From the NCBI GenBank assembly GCA_963716255.1, contig OY970303.1:4736001-4800000 (forward strand): 64,000 bases of DNA, given 5' to 3'. The notes under the pieces are model-generated. The model worked only from the letters and a program-made list of their open reading frames with translations, did no database searches and was not told the origin of the DNA. The stretch is from an uncultured Gemmatimonadales bacterium. GTDB taxonomy: Bacteria > Gemmatimonadota > Gemmatimonadetes > Longimicrobiales > Longimicrobiaceae. Below are positions 1 to 10,900 of this stretch, one piece after another. Position numbers and translations under genes: made by a program. How positions within the stretch are numbered: position 1 is the stretch's first letter; every line of letters begins with the position of its first letter.

Positions 1-3000
1 GCCTCGGCCTCCCTCCGCTCCGGGGGGAGCGCGGCCAGCTCCACGACGGGGAGGGGAACGGGGCCGGCCGGACGGATGGCCTGCACGGGCTCGCCGTCGC
101 GGACGGCGAGCACGGTGCGCAGCACCTCGTGCCGGCGGACCGTGGCGGCGAGGGCGCGCCGCAGGGCCCGCGCGTCCAGCGCCCCCTGAAGGCGCAGCGC
201 GGCCGGGACGTTGTACGCGGTGCTCCCGGGCTGGAGCTGGTCGATGAACCAGAGGCGCTGCTGCGCGAAGGAGAGCGGGACGTCCCCGTCGCGGGGAACG
301 GGAAGGAGCGGGGGCGCCAGGCTCCCCGCTCCCTCGCGGAGCAGCGCCTCCACGCGCTCCGCGAGACCCGCCGGGGTGGGTGCCTCGAACAGGGCGCGCA
401 GCGGCACCTCCACGCCGAGCGCGTCCCGCACCCGCGACACCAGGCGCGTGGCGAGCAGGGAGTGCCCGCCCAGCTCGAAGAAGTCGTCGTGCACTCCCAC
501 CCGCTCCACCCCGAGGACCTGCGCCCACGCTTCCGCCAGCGCGCGCTCCGTCCCGCCGCGCGGGGCCGCGAACTCCCGGCCGGCCCCCGCTTCCGGGGCC
601 GGGAGCGCCCGGCGGTCGAGCTTGCCGTTGGGGGTGAGCGGAAGCGCCTCCAGCGCCACGAAGGCGGAGGGCACCATGTGCTCCGGGAGGAGCGCCTTCA
701 GGTGCGCCCGCAGCTCGCCCCCGTCCGGGGCGCCGCCCCCGGCCGTGAAGTAGCCCAACAGCGCCTGGCCGCGTACCAGCACCACGGCCTCGCGGACACC
801 CGGGTGGCGCTCCAGGGCGGCTTCGACTTCCCCGGGCTCCACGCGGAAGCCCCGCACCTTGACCTGGTGGTCGATCCGCCCCAGGAACTCCAGCGTCCCG
901 TCCGCGAGCCAGCGCACCCGGTCGCCGGTGCGGTACAGCCGCGCGCCGCCTTCCACCGCGAACGGATCCGGAACGAACCTCTCCGCCGTCAGCGCCTCCC
1001 GCCCCAGGTAGCCGCGCGCCACCCCCTCGCCCCCGATGAACAGCTCCCCGGGGACGCGGGCGGGCACCGGCTGGCCCCCCGGGTCCAGCACGTACAGCCT
1101 CACGTTTCCCGTGGGCCGGCCGACGGGGAGGCTGCTCCAGCGCGACCCGTCGTCGCCCGCCGCCAGGTGGAGGGTCGTGGAGGTGCAGGCCGTTTCCGTC
1201 AGCCCGAACACGTGGACCAGGGGCACGCGCAGCTCCGCCCACTCGCGCAGCCGGTCGGCCGAGACGCGCTCGCCGCCCACCAGCACCGCGCGCACGCGGC
1301 CGGGGAGGCGCCCGCCCCGCCCGGCCAGCTCCCGCACCCACTCGTGCCAGTAGGAGGTCGGCAGCTCGAAGACCGTCACGGCCTCCTCCGCGACGACGCG
1401 CAGCAGCGTCCCGGGAGCGAACAGCTCGTCGCGCGAAAAGACGACGGCGGCGCCGGCGAGCCAGGCGGGGAACAGCTCCTCCACCACCACGTCGAACCCG
1501 GGGGAGGCGAACTGCAGCACGCGGTCGCCGGGCCCCAGCCCCAGGCGGGCGGCCATGTCCGTGGCGAAGTTGACCACCGCGCGGTGCGGGACGGCGACGC
1601 CCTTGGGGGTGCCGGTGGAGCCCGAGGTGTAGATCACGTAGGCGAGGGCGTCGGGGAACGGCGAGCGCGGGGGCGCGCTCCCGCCGCCGGTGCCGTCGTC
1701 CGCTCCCAGCCACACCACCTCGCCCCCGAACTCCGGCAGCCCCGCGGCGGCTCCCGCCTCCGCCACCAGCACGCGCGCCCCGCTGTCGCGGAGCATGTAC
1801 TCCAGACGCTCCGCCGGGTAGGCCGGGTCCAGGGGAACGTAGGCGCCGCCGGCCGCGAGGACGCCCAGGATCGCCAGCGCCATCCCGGGACCCCGCTCCA
1901 CGCAGATGCCCACCCGGGTCTCCGCGCCCACTCCCAGCCGGCGAAGGCGGCGCGCGAGACGGCCCGCGCCCTCCTGCAGTTCGGCGTACGAGAGCGCGCG
2001 TCCCTCGAACACCACCGCGGGGGCCGCGGGAGTGCGGGCGGCCTGCTCGGCGAACAGCTCGTGCAGGCAGCGCTCCCGCGGGAACTCGCGGCCGGTGGCG
2101 TTCCACGCTTCCACCACCTGCGCCCGCTCCTCCGGCGCGAGCATGGTCAGGGTGGAGACCGGCCGCTCGGGGCTCCGGAGCCCGCCTTCCAGGAGGAGGC
2201 GGAAGTGCTCCAGCATGCGCTCCGCGGTGGCGTGCTCGAAGAGGTCGGCGCGGTAGCGGAGCGTCCCCGCGACGCGCCCGGGGCCGGCGTGGAGGGCCAA
2301 GTCCAGGTCGAAGGGCGTGACGCCTTCCCCGCAGGACAGGGGCTCCACGCGGAGGTTCCCCAGGCGGAGGGCGCCCTCCTCGACGTTCTGGAGGGCGAAC
2401 ATCACCTGGAAGAGCGGCGTGCGCGACAGGCTGCGCTCCGGCTGCAGCGCCTCCACCAGCCGCTCGAAGGGGAGGTCCTGGTGGTGGAACGCCCCCAGCG
2501 CCGCCTCGCGCACGCGCCCGAGCAGCCCGCGGAACGACGGCCGTTCCGTGCCGGACACGTCGGTGCGCATCGCCAGCGTGTTGACGAAGAAGCCGATCAG
2601 CCCCTCCAGCTCGACCCGGGTGCGCCCCGCGATGGGAGTGCCGACGACCACGTCCTCCTGGCCCGAGTAGCGGGACAGGAGCAGGGCGAAGCCGGCCAGC
2701 AGCACCATGAACGGCGTCGCCCCCTCGCGCCGCGCCGTTTCGTGCAGCTCCCGCGACAGCTCCGGCGGCAGGGCGATGGCGACGGCCCGCGCGGGGCCCT
2801 CGGCCACCGGCCGGCGGGGGCGGTCGACCGGGAGGTCCAGCTCCGGCGGGGCGCCGGCCAGCTGCACGGTCCACCAGCGCAGCTGCTCCTTCAGCGCCCC
2901 GCCGTCCCGGGCGCGCTGCCACGCCGCGTAGTCGGCGTACTGGACGGGGAGCGCGGGGAGCGGCGACGCCCCGCCCCGGACGAACGCCTCGTAGAGCGCC

Positions 3001-6000
3001 GACAGCTCGCGGGTCAGCACACCCGTGCTCCACCCGTCGCTCACCACGTGGTGGAGGGTGAAGAGCACGGCGTGGTCGTCCGGACCCAGGCGGACCAGCA
3101 CGGTCCGCAGGAGCGGGCCGCGCGCCAGGTCGAAGGGGCGCAGCGCCTCCCCGGCCGCGAGGCGCGCGGCCTCCCTTTCTCCGCGGGCCGCCCCGAGGCC
3201 CGCCAGGTCCACCGCCGGGAAGGCGACCGGTCCGGCGGGCCGGACGGACTGCGCCGGCTCCCCGCCTTCCACGACGAACACGGTCCGCAGCACCTCGTGC
3301 CGGCGCACGACCTCCGAAAGCGCGCGGCGCAGCGCCCGCACCTCCAGCGCCCCGCGGAGACGCAGCGGAAAGGGGAGGACGTAGGCCGCGGCCCCGGGCT
3401 GGAGCTGGTCGATGAACCAGAGCCGCTGCTGCGCGAAGGAGAGCGGCAGCGGCGAGCCGTCGCGCGGGACGGGGCGGAGCGGCGGGAGCCGCTCTCCGGC
3501 GCCCTCGCCGCGCAGGGCGTCCATGCGCTCCGCGAGCCCGGCCAGCGTGGGGTGCTCGAACAGGAGCCGGAGCGGCATCTCCGTCCCGAGCGCTTCCCCC
3601 ACCCGGGAGGCGACGCGCGTGGCCAGCAGCGAGTGGCCGCCCAGCGCGAAGAAGTCGTCGTGCACCCCCACGCGCTCCAGGTGGAGCACCGAGGCCCAGA
3701 TCCCCGCCAGGAGCTCCTCGGCCGCGGTGCGGGGGGCGACGTACCCTTCCGCGCCGCCGGCCCCGGGGGCGGGGAGCGCGCGCCGGTCCAGCTTGCCGGT
3801 GGGAGTGAGCGGAAGCCTGTCCAGCACCACGAACACGGAGGGCACCATGTGCGCCGGGAGCCGCTCCGCGAGCCACCGCCTCAGCTCCGCACCGTCGGCG
3901 GGACCGCCCTCCGCGGACGGTACCACGTAGCCCACCAGGCGCCGCCCTTCGGTGCCCGGCGCGCCGGGGGCGGGATCCTCGCGCACCGCCACCGCCGCCG
4001 CCTCCACCCCCGGGTGCTCCGCCAGCGCCGCCTCCACCTCGCCCGGCTCGATCCGGAAGCCCCGCACCTTGACCTGCGTGTCCGTGCGTCCCAGGAACTC
4101 CAGCTCCCCGTCCCCCGTCCAGCGCACCCGGTCCCCCGTGCGGAAGAGCCGCGCCCCTCCCTCCGCGGCGAAGGGGTCCGGGAGCCACTTCTCGGCCGTC
4201 TGCGCGGGCCGGCCCAGGTAGTCGCGCGCCACGCTCGCCCCGCCGATGCACAGCTCGCCGGGCACGCCCACGGGGACCGGCCGGAGGGCGCGGTCCAGCA
4301 CGTACAGCGCGGCGTTGCCCAGGGGGCGCCCCAGCCACTGCCGGCGCGCGTCCGTGGGGCGCGACTCGTGGGCGGCGCAGATGACGGCGGCCTCGGTGGG
4401 GCCGTAGAGCACGTGGATGGAGGCGGCGGGGAAGACCTCGCGCATCTCCTCCAGCAGGTCGGGCGGGACGGCGTCGCCGCCCACGAAGACGCGCCGCATG
4501 CGGGGGAGTGTGCGCCCGGAGGCGCGCAGCTCGTGCGCGGTCCGGCGCATCAGCGCGGGGACGGCGTGCACCACGGTCGCGTCCTCCAGCTCCGCGGCCA
4601 GCCCCTCCGCCCGCAGCACCTGCTCGCGCGCGAGAAGCCGGACGGACGCTCCGGCCAGGAGGGGGAGGACGGCCTCGAAGAGCCAGATGTCGAAGGCGAA
4701 GCTCGCCAGCGCGAGCACGCGGTCCGCGGGCAGGAAGGCGAACGCCTCCCGGGCGGCGTGCACGGTGGCGAGCAGGCTCCGGTGCGTGACGCGCACGCCC
4801 TTGGGCCGGCCGGTGGAGCCGGAAGTGTGGATGACGTACGCGAGGGAGTCGGGGTCGACCTCCGGGTCCGGGTCCGGGTCGTCCCCCGCGGGGGCGCGCT
4901 CGGCGTCTTCCGGCAGGGCCGGGTCCAGCAGTACCCGGTCCAGAAGGACCACGCGCGCGCCGTGCTCCGGCAGCGCCGCGGCCAGCCGGGCCTGCGTCAG
5001 CACCACGGGAACGGCGGCGTCGTCCAGCAGGAAGGCCAGCCGCTCCGCCGGGTAGCCCGGGTCCAGCGGGACGTACGCGCTGCCCGCCTTCCACACGCCC
5101 AGGACCGCCGTCAGCAGCCCGGGGCCGGGCTCCAGGAAAATGCCCACCGGGGTCTCGGGAGCGACGCCCAGGGAGCGCAGGACGCGGGCGAGCCGGCCGG
5201 AGCGCAGCTCCAGCGCGGCGTAGGTGAGGGCGTCCTCCCCGCCGGAGACGGCGGGCGCGCCGGGGGTGCGGGCGGCCTGCGCGGCGAAGAGCGCCGGCAC
5301 GGCGGGTCCCGCGGGGCGCGTCCCCGGGGGGCTCCACTCGCGGAGGAGGCGGTCCCGCTCCCGCGGCCCCAGCAGCGGGATCTCCGAGACGCGGCGCCCG
5401 GGGTGCTCCAGCGCGCCCTCCAGGAGGACGCGGAAGTGATCGAGCATCCGCCCGGCGGTGGCTTCCTCGAAGAGGTCGGCGCGGAAGGTCAGCGTCCCCA
5501 CGATCCGCTCGCCGTCCTCCCGCAGGCCGAGGCCGAGCGCGAACTGGGACGCCTCCTCCTTCCCGGCGAGGGGCTCCATCTCCACCTCGCCCAGCCGCAG
5601 CTCGCCCGCCTCCACGTTCTGCAGGGCGAACATCACCTGGAAGACGGGCATGTGCACCAGGCTCCGCTCCACGGCCAGCTCCTCCACCAGGCGCTCGAAG
5701 GGGAGATCCTGGTGCTCGAAGGCGGCCATCGCACCGTCCCGCACGCGTCCGAGCAGCCCGCGGAAGTCCGGGTCCCCGGACAGGTCGGTCCGCAGGGCGA
5801 GGGTGTTGATGAAGAAGCCGATCAGCCCCTCCAGCTCCGCCCGGGTGCGGCCGGCGACGGGGGTGCCCACGACCACGTCCTCCTGGTCCGCGTAGCGCCC
5901 CAGCAGGAGCTGCCAGGCCGCGAGCAGCACCATGAACGCGGTCGCGCCCTCGCTCCGCGCCGCCTCGCCCACCCCGCGCGAGACGGCGGGGGGGAGGACG

Positions 6001-6809
6001 ACGGGCACGCCCCGCGCGACCGCGCCGACGACGGCGCGGGCGGGGTGGTCGGTGGGGAGCTCCAGGACCGGCGGGGCGCCCGCCAGGCGCTCCCGCCAGA
6101 AGGCGAGCTGCGCCCGGAGCCGGTCTCCGGCGAGCCATTCCCGCTGCCAGAGCGCGTAGTCCGCGTACTGCACGGGCAGCTCGGGGAGCGGCGAGGCCTC
6201 GCCCCGGACGAACGCCCCGTAGATCGCCGACAGCTCGCGGGCGAGCACGCCGGTGCTCCACCCGTCGCTCACCACGTGGTGAAGGGTGAACAGCCCCGCG
6301 TGGTTGCCGTCGTCCAGCCGGAGCAGCGCGGCGCGCAGGAGCGGGCCGCGCGCCAGGTCGAAGGGGCGGCGGGCCTCCTCCCGGGCCAGCCGGCGGGTCT
6401 CCGCCTCGCGCGCCGCCGCGGGGAGGCCGGACAGGTCCGCCACGGGAAAGCGGACGGGCGCCGGGGGGAGCACCACCTGGACCGCCTCGTCCCCTTCCGC
6501 GGCGAAGATCGTGCGCAGCGCCTCGTGGCGCCGGACCACCTCCGAAAGGGTCCTCCGGAGGGTCCGCACCTCCAGCGGCCCCCGCAGCCGCAGCGGGAAC
6601 GGCATGTTGTAGGTGGCCGTCCCGGGGGCGAGGCGGTCCACGAACCAGAGCCGCTGCTGCGCGAACGAGAGAGGCAGCGGCGTTCCCGGACTCCTCCTGC
6701 GGATCTCCTCGGGATCGCGCTCCGCCTCCGCCCCCGCCTGCATCAGCTTCTGGAGGAGGCGGCGGCGCTCGGGGGACAGCCTCGCCAGCCGGTCCAGCCG
6801 GTCCGTCAT
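1..6809 (-). CDS. Non-ribosomal peptide synthetase, 3'-truncated by the window edge (C-A-T, C-A-T, start of a third C)
   Basis: Absent from the ORF track because it has no stop in the window. Manual translation from ATG 6809 (ATGA overlap with the upstream stop at 6806-6808) gives MTDRLDRLARLSPERRRLLQKLM...PLSFAQQRLWF. It contains HHVVSDGWS C motifs, A3 YVIHTSGSTG/YVIYTSGSTG, and T motifs FFALGGHSLLA/FFELGGHSLLA. A third C start (LSFAQQRLWF) lies near 280. Confidence 0.95.
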   Translation of the reverse strand, partial: MTDRLDRLARLSPERRRLLQKLMQAGAEAERDPEEIRRRSPGTPLPLSFAQQRLWFVDRLAPGTATYNMPFPLRLRGPLEVRTLRRTLSEVVRRHEALRTIFAAEGDEAVQVVLPPAPVRFPVADLSGLPAAAREAETRRLAREEARRPFDLARGPLLRAALLRLDDGNHAGLFTLHHVVSDGWSTGVLARELSAIYGAFVRGEASPLPELPVQYADYALWQREWLAGDRLRAQLAFWRERLAGAPPVLELPTDHPARAVVGAVARGVPVVLPPAVSRGVGEAARSEGATAFMVLLAAWQLLLGRYADQEDVVVGTPVAGRTRAELEGLIGFFINTLALRTDLSGDPDFRGLLGRVRDGAMAAFEHQDLPFERLVEELAVERSLVHMPVFQVMFALQNVEAGELRLGEVEMEPLAGKEEASQFALGLGLREDGERIVGTLTFRADLFEEATAGRMLDHFRVLLEGALEHPGRRVSEIPLLGPRERDRLLREWSPPGTRPAGPAVPALFAAQAARTPGAPAVSGGEDALTYAALELRSGRLARVLRSLGVAPETPVGIFLEPGPGLLTAVLGVWKAGSAYVPLDPGYPAERLAFLLDDAAVPVVLTQARLAAALPEHGARVVLLDRVLLDPALPEDAERAPAGDDPDPDPEVDPDSLAYVIHTSGSTGRPKGVRVTHRSLLATVHAAREAFAFLPADRVLALASFAFDIWLFEAVLPLLAGASVRLLAREQVLRAEGLAAELEDATVVHAVPALMRRTAHELRASGRTLPRMRRVFVGGDAVPPDLLEEMREVFPAASIHVLYGPTEAAVICAAHESRPTDARRQWLGRPLGNAALYVLDRALRPVPVGVPGELCIGGASVARDYLGRPAQTAEKWLPDPFAAEGGARLFRTGDRVRWTGDGELEFLGRTDTQVKVRGFRIEPGEVEAALAEHPGVEAAAVAVREDPAPGAPGTEGRRLVGYVVPSAEGGPADGAELRRWLAERLPAHMVPSVFVVLDRLPLTPTGKLDRRALPAPGAGGAEGYVAPRTAAEELLAGIWASVLHLERVGVHDDFFALGGHSLLATRVASRVGEALGTEMPLRLLFEHPTLAGLAERMDALRGEGAGERLPPLRPVPRDGSPLPLSFAQQRLWFIDQLQPGAAAYVLPFPLRLRGALEVRALRRALSEVVRRHEVLRTVFVVEGGEPAQSVRPAGPVAFPAVDLAGLGAARGEREAARLAAGEALRPFDLARGPLLRTVLVRLGPDDHAVLFTLHHVVSDGWSTGVLTRELSALYEAFVRGGASPLPALPVQYADYAAWQRARDGGALKEQLRWWTVQLAGAPPELDLPVDRPRRPVAEGPARAVAIALPPELSRELHETARREGATPFMVLLAGFALLLSRYSGQEDVVVGTPIAGRTRVELEGLIGFFVNTLAMRTDVSGTERPSFRGLLGRVREAALGAFHHQDLPFERLVEALQPERSLSRTPLFQVMFALQNVEEGALRLGNLRVEPLSCGEGVTPFDLDLALHAGPGRVAGTLRYRADLFEHATAERMLEHFRLLLEGGLRSPERPVSTLTMLAPEERAQVVEAWNATGREFPRERCLHELFAEQAARTPAAPAVVFEGRALSYAELQEGAGRLARRLRRLGVGAETRVGICVERGPGMALAILGVLAAGGAYVPLDPAYPAERLEYMLRDSGARVLVAEAGAAAGLPEFGGEVVWLGADDGTGGGSAPPRSPFPDALAYVIYTSGSTGTPKGVAVPHRAVVNFATDMAARLGLGPGDRVLQFASPGFDVVVEELFPAWLAGAAVVFSRDELFAPGTLLRVVAEEAVTVFELPTSYWHEWVRELAGRGGRLPGRVRAVLVGGERVSADRLREWAELRVPLVHVFGLTETACTSTTLHLAAGDDGSRWSSLPVGRPTGNVRLYVLDPGGQPVPARVPGELFIGGEGVARGYLGREALTAERFVPDPFAVEGGARLYRTGDRVRWLADGTLEFLGRIDHQVKVRGFRVEPGEVEAALERHPGVREAVVLVRGQALLGYFTAGGGAPDGGELRAHLKALLPEHMVPSAFVALEALPLTPNGKLDRRALPAPEAGAGREFAAPRGGTERALAEAWAQVLGVERVGVHDDFFELGGHSLLATRLVSRVRDALGVEVPLRALFEAPTPAGLAERVEALLREGAGSLAPPLLPVPRDGDVPLSFAQQRLWFIDQLQPGSTAYNVPAALRLQGALDARALRRALAATVRRHEVLRTVLAVRDGEPVQAIRPAGPVPLPVVELAALPPERREAE

Positions 6810-7987
6810 GGGGCGTCCTCCTCCGCCAGGAGCCTCATCACTTCCTCGTCGGACAGCTCCTCCAGCTGCTCCAGCATCAGGTCCATCCGCATCGCGGCGG
6901 CCGGCGCCGCGGGCCGTCCGGCGTCCAGCAGCCCCGCCAGCTCCGCCACCGTGGGCGCGTCGAACAGGGCCCGGAGCGGGAGCTGGATCCCCAGCTCCCT
7001 GCGGATGCGCGCGACGACGCGGGTGGCGACCAGCGAATGTCCGCCGATGTCGAAGAAGTTGTCGTGCACGCCCACCCGCTCCAGCCCCAGCACGTCCGCC
7101 ATGATCTCCGCCAGCAGCTCCTCGGCGGAGGTGCGCGGGGGGGTGTAGGCCGCGGGGCCGGCCCCGCCTTCCGGGGCGGGGAGGGCGCGGCGGTCGGTCT
7201 TGCCGTTGGGGGTCAGCGGGATCCTTTCCAGCGCCACGAACGCGGAGGGGACCATGTGCTCCGGGAGCCGCTCCCGCAGCCAGGCGCGCAGCTCGCCGTC
7301 GGGCGCTCCGTCGCCGTCGGCGACGACGTACGCCACCAGGAGCGGCCCGCCCGGCGCGTCGTCGCGCACGGCCACCACCGCCTCGCCGACGCCGGGGTGC
7401 GCCCGCAGGGCCGCCTCGACCTCCCCGGGCTCCACCCGGAAGCCGCGCACCTTGAGCTGGAAGTCGGCCCGCCCCAGGTACTCCAGCTCCCCGGCGTGTG
7501 TCCAGCGCACCCGGTCCATCACCCGGTACATCCGCCCGCCCGCCGGGCCGAACGGGTCGGGGACGAAGCGCTCGGCGGTCAGCCCGGGGCGGCCCAGGTA
7601 CCCGCGGGACAGCCCGGCGCCGGACAGGTACATCTCGCCCGGGACGCCCGGTGGGACCGGCCGCAGCTCCCCGTCCAGCACGTACGCCCGGGTGCCGGCG
7701 AGCGGCCTGCCGACCAGGACCGGGTCCGCGCCCGGCTCCACCCGCCAGTGGGTGGAGAAGGTGGTGTCCTCGGTGGGGCCGTACAGGTTGTGGAGGGTCG
7801 TCACCGTCCCCAGGGCGTGGATCGCCCGCGCCAGGTCCGGGGGGATCGCCTCGCCGCACAGGCTGAGCGTCTTCACGCCCGCCGGGATCCCGCCCGTGCG
7901 CAGCAGCTCGGCCGCGGCGGTGGGGACCATGCTGACGTGGACCACGGGCTCGGCGAGCTCCGCCAGTTCCAGCGCGTTCTCCACCAT
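6806..7987 (-). CDS. C-terminal part of the frameshifted PKS-NRPS: second half of an A domain plus T domain and C-terminal docking helix
   Basis: This frame continues the A domain of the upstream gene (KLVMVENALEL...NLYGPTEDTTFST...GRADFQLKVRGFRVE...NGKTDR...FFDIGGHSLVA...LSDEEVMRLLAEE). ATG at 7985-7987 overlaps the premature TGA at 7987-7989. The ORF-track start at 9040 is off-frame until about 8000. Confidence 0.8.
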   Translation of the reverse strand: MVENALELAELAEPVVHVSMVPTAAAELLRTGGIPAGVKTLSLCGEAIPPDLARAIHALGTVTTLHNLYGPTEDTTFSTHWRVEPGADPVLVGRPLAGTRAYVLDGELRPVPPGVPGEMYLSGAGLSRGYLGRPGLTAERFVPDPFGPAGGRMYRVMDRVRWTHAGELEYLGRADFQLKVRGFRVEPGEVEAALRAHPGVGEAVVAVRDDAPGGPLLVAYVVADGDGAPDGELRAWLRERLPEHMVPSAFVALERIPLTPNGKTDRRALPAPEGGAGPAAYTPPRTSAEELLAEIMADVLGLERVGVHDNFFDIGGHSLVATRVVARIRRELGIQLPLRALFDAPTVAELAGLLDAGRPAAPAAAMRMDLMLEQLEELSDEEVMRLLAEEDAP

Positions 7988-10900
7988 CACCAGCTTCCCC
8001 CCCAGGCCAGCGTCCCGAAGAGCTCGGCCACCGACACGTCGAACGAGACCGAGGTGGAGAACAGCGCCGCGGAGCGCTCCTCGTCCGTCATCGCCTCCCG
8101 CAGCCAGTGCAGCAGCACCACCACGGAGGAGTGCCGGACCATGGTCCCCTTGGGCCGCCCGGTGGAGCCGGAGGTGTAGATGACGTGCGACAGGTTCTCG
8201 GGCCCGGCGCCGCTCTCCGGGGCGGTCTCCGGGCGCTCGGCGACCGCCTCGCTCTCGGCGTCCAGGGCGACGACGCGCACCCCTTCCCGCGGGAGCCGGC
8301 CGGCCAGGTGATTCTCCGCCACCACCACGGCCGCGCCGGAGTCGGCCACCATGTATGCCAGCCGGTCCGCTGGGTAGGCGGGGTCCAGCGGGACGTAGGC
8401 GCCGCCCGCCTTGAGCACGGCCACCAGGGCGACCACCAGCTCCGGGGTGCGCTCCAGGCACACCCCCACCCGCGTCTCCGGGCCCACGCCCAGGGCGCGC
8501 AGGTGGTTGGCCAGCCGGTTGGCGCGCCGGTCCAGCTCCCCGTAGCCGAGCGACAGCCCCCGGAAGGAGACGGCGGGGGCGTCCGGCGTGCGCGCCGCCT
8601 GCGCGGCGAGCAGCGCGTGCACGGTGCCGGTGGGCAGGCCGTGGTCCGTGCCGCTCCACTCCGCCAGCACCCGCTCGCGCTCGGTGTCGGGGATCAGCTC
8701 CACCTCGCCCAGGCGCGCCTCCGGGGCCCGCGCGAAGGCGGCGAGCACGGCCGCGAAGTGGTCCAGCATCCGCTCCATCGCGTCCGGGTCGAAGCGGGCG
8801 CGGGCGTAGGACGCGCTCAGGCCCACGGCGCGCTCCGCCCCCAGCGGCGCCGCGACCAGCGTCAGCGGGTAGTCGGTCTGCTCGATCCCGCCGACGGTCC
8901 GCAGCTCGAAGTCGCGCTGCGGCGTCGCCGCGAGCGCTTCCTCCACCGGGTAGTTTTCCCACACCAGGATGCTCTCGAAGAGCGGCGCCCCCTCCACCTC
9001 GCTCCAGCGCTGCACCTGCGCCAGCGGCGAGTGCTCCCACTCCCGCACCCGCGCCTGGGCGTCCTGCAGCCGCCGGAGCCAGGGGAGCGCCGGGGCGTCC
9101 GCGGGAACGGCGACCCGCACCGGGAGGGTGTTGATGAACAGCCCGACCATCTCCTCAATCCCCTGCACCTCCGGCGGGCGCCCCGACACGGTGGCGCCGA
9201 AGACCACGTCGCGCTCGCCGGAGTAGCGGGACAGCAGGAGCGCCCACGCGCCCTGGAGGAGCGTCCCCAGGGTGAGGCCGGCGCCCCGAGCCAGCTCCGC
9301 GAGCCGCCTGGAAAGCTCCGCCGGGAGCCTCGCGTCCACCCGGCCGAACCCCGTTTCCGGCCCGGACGCCGCCCGGTCGATCCCCAGCGGGGTGGGTCCC
9401 TCGACGCCGGCGAGCTGCTCCCGCCAGAACCCCTCCGCCGCCGCCGAGTCCTGCCGCTGCAGCCAGGCGACGTAGTCGCGGTACGGGCGCCCCGGCGCGA
9501 CCGCCGGCTCGCGCCCGGTCCGGAAGGCGTCGTAGAAGCGGGCCACGTCCCGGAACACCAGCGGGAGGCTCCACCCGTCCAGCAGCGCGTGGTGGTGCGT
9601 CCACACCAGGCGGTGAGTCCGCTCCCCGGTGCGGAAGAGCGCCAGCCGCATCAGCGGCGCACGCGCCAGGTCGAAGCCCGCCGCGCGGTCCTCGTCCAGG
9701 AACGCGGCCAGGCGCGCCTCCCGGTCCGCGGCGTCGAGGGCGCTCCAGTCCTCCACGCGGGTCGGTGGCTCGGCCTCGCGGCGCACCACCTGGAAGGGGC
9801 GCTCGCCGCCCCAGTGGAAGGCGGTGCGCAGCACGGCGTGCCGCTGCGCGGCCGCGCTCCAGGCGCGCCGGAACGCCGCGGCGTCCAGCTCGCCCTCCAG
9901 GTCGTACATGAACTGCCCGACGTACGCCCCGCCCTCCGGGGCGAACAGGGTGTGGAAGAGCATCCCTTCCTGCATGGGCGTCGCGGGGTACACGTCCTCG
10001 ATCCCCCGCTCCCGCCCCACCAGCTCGTCCAGCTCCGCCTGGGTCATCGGGGCGAGCGGGAAGTCGGACGGGGTGTGGCCGCCCGCCCCCGGCGCGGCGC
10101 AGTGGGCCGCCAGCGCCCGGATGCCGTCGAGCACGTCCGCGGCGACGCGCTCCACGGTCTCCGCCCGGTGCCTCCCGGTGCCGTAGCCGATGCGCAGCTG
10201 CAGCCGTCCGCCCTCCACCACCGCCATCACGTCCAGCAGGTACGCCCGTTCCCCGCGCGGGCTCCGGGACCGGCCGATGCCCTCCTCCGCTGCGCGGAAC
10301 GCCCCCGCGTCCGAGAAGGCGCCGTCGACCTGCCCCAGGTAGTTGAAGGCCACCTGCGCGGCCGGACGCGCGGCGAGCGCCGCGCGGTCGGGGTCGGGGC
10401 CCAGCCAGCGGAGCAGTCCCCAGCCGATCCCGCGGTCCGGGACGGCGCGGAGCGCCTCCTTGACGGTCTTGATCGCCGCCTCCTCGCCGTCGGCGCCGCG
10501 CAGGTCCAGGAAGAGCGGGTGGACGGCGGTGAACCACCCCACGGTGCGGGACAGGTCCACGTCCGCGAACCGCTCCTCGCGCCCGTGGGACTCCACGTCC
10601 ACCAGCACGCGCCCGTCGCCGGTCCAGCGGCCGAGGGCGCGCGCCAGCGCCGCCAGGAGCAGGTCGTCGACCCGGGTGCGGTAGGCCGCGGGCGCCGCCT
10701 GCAGCAGGGTCCGCGTCTCCTCCGGCGTGAGCGCCGCGGCGACGACGGCCTCCGTGTCCTCGCCGTCCGGGCCACCGAAGTCGGTGGGGAGGGGAGGGGC
10801 GCCGGCGCGCGCGGGGTCGGTCCAGAACGCCAGCTCGGCGGCGGCGCCGCCGGTGCGGGCGTGCTCCGCCAGCCGCTCCGCCCACGCCCGGAACGAGGTG

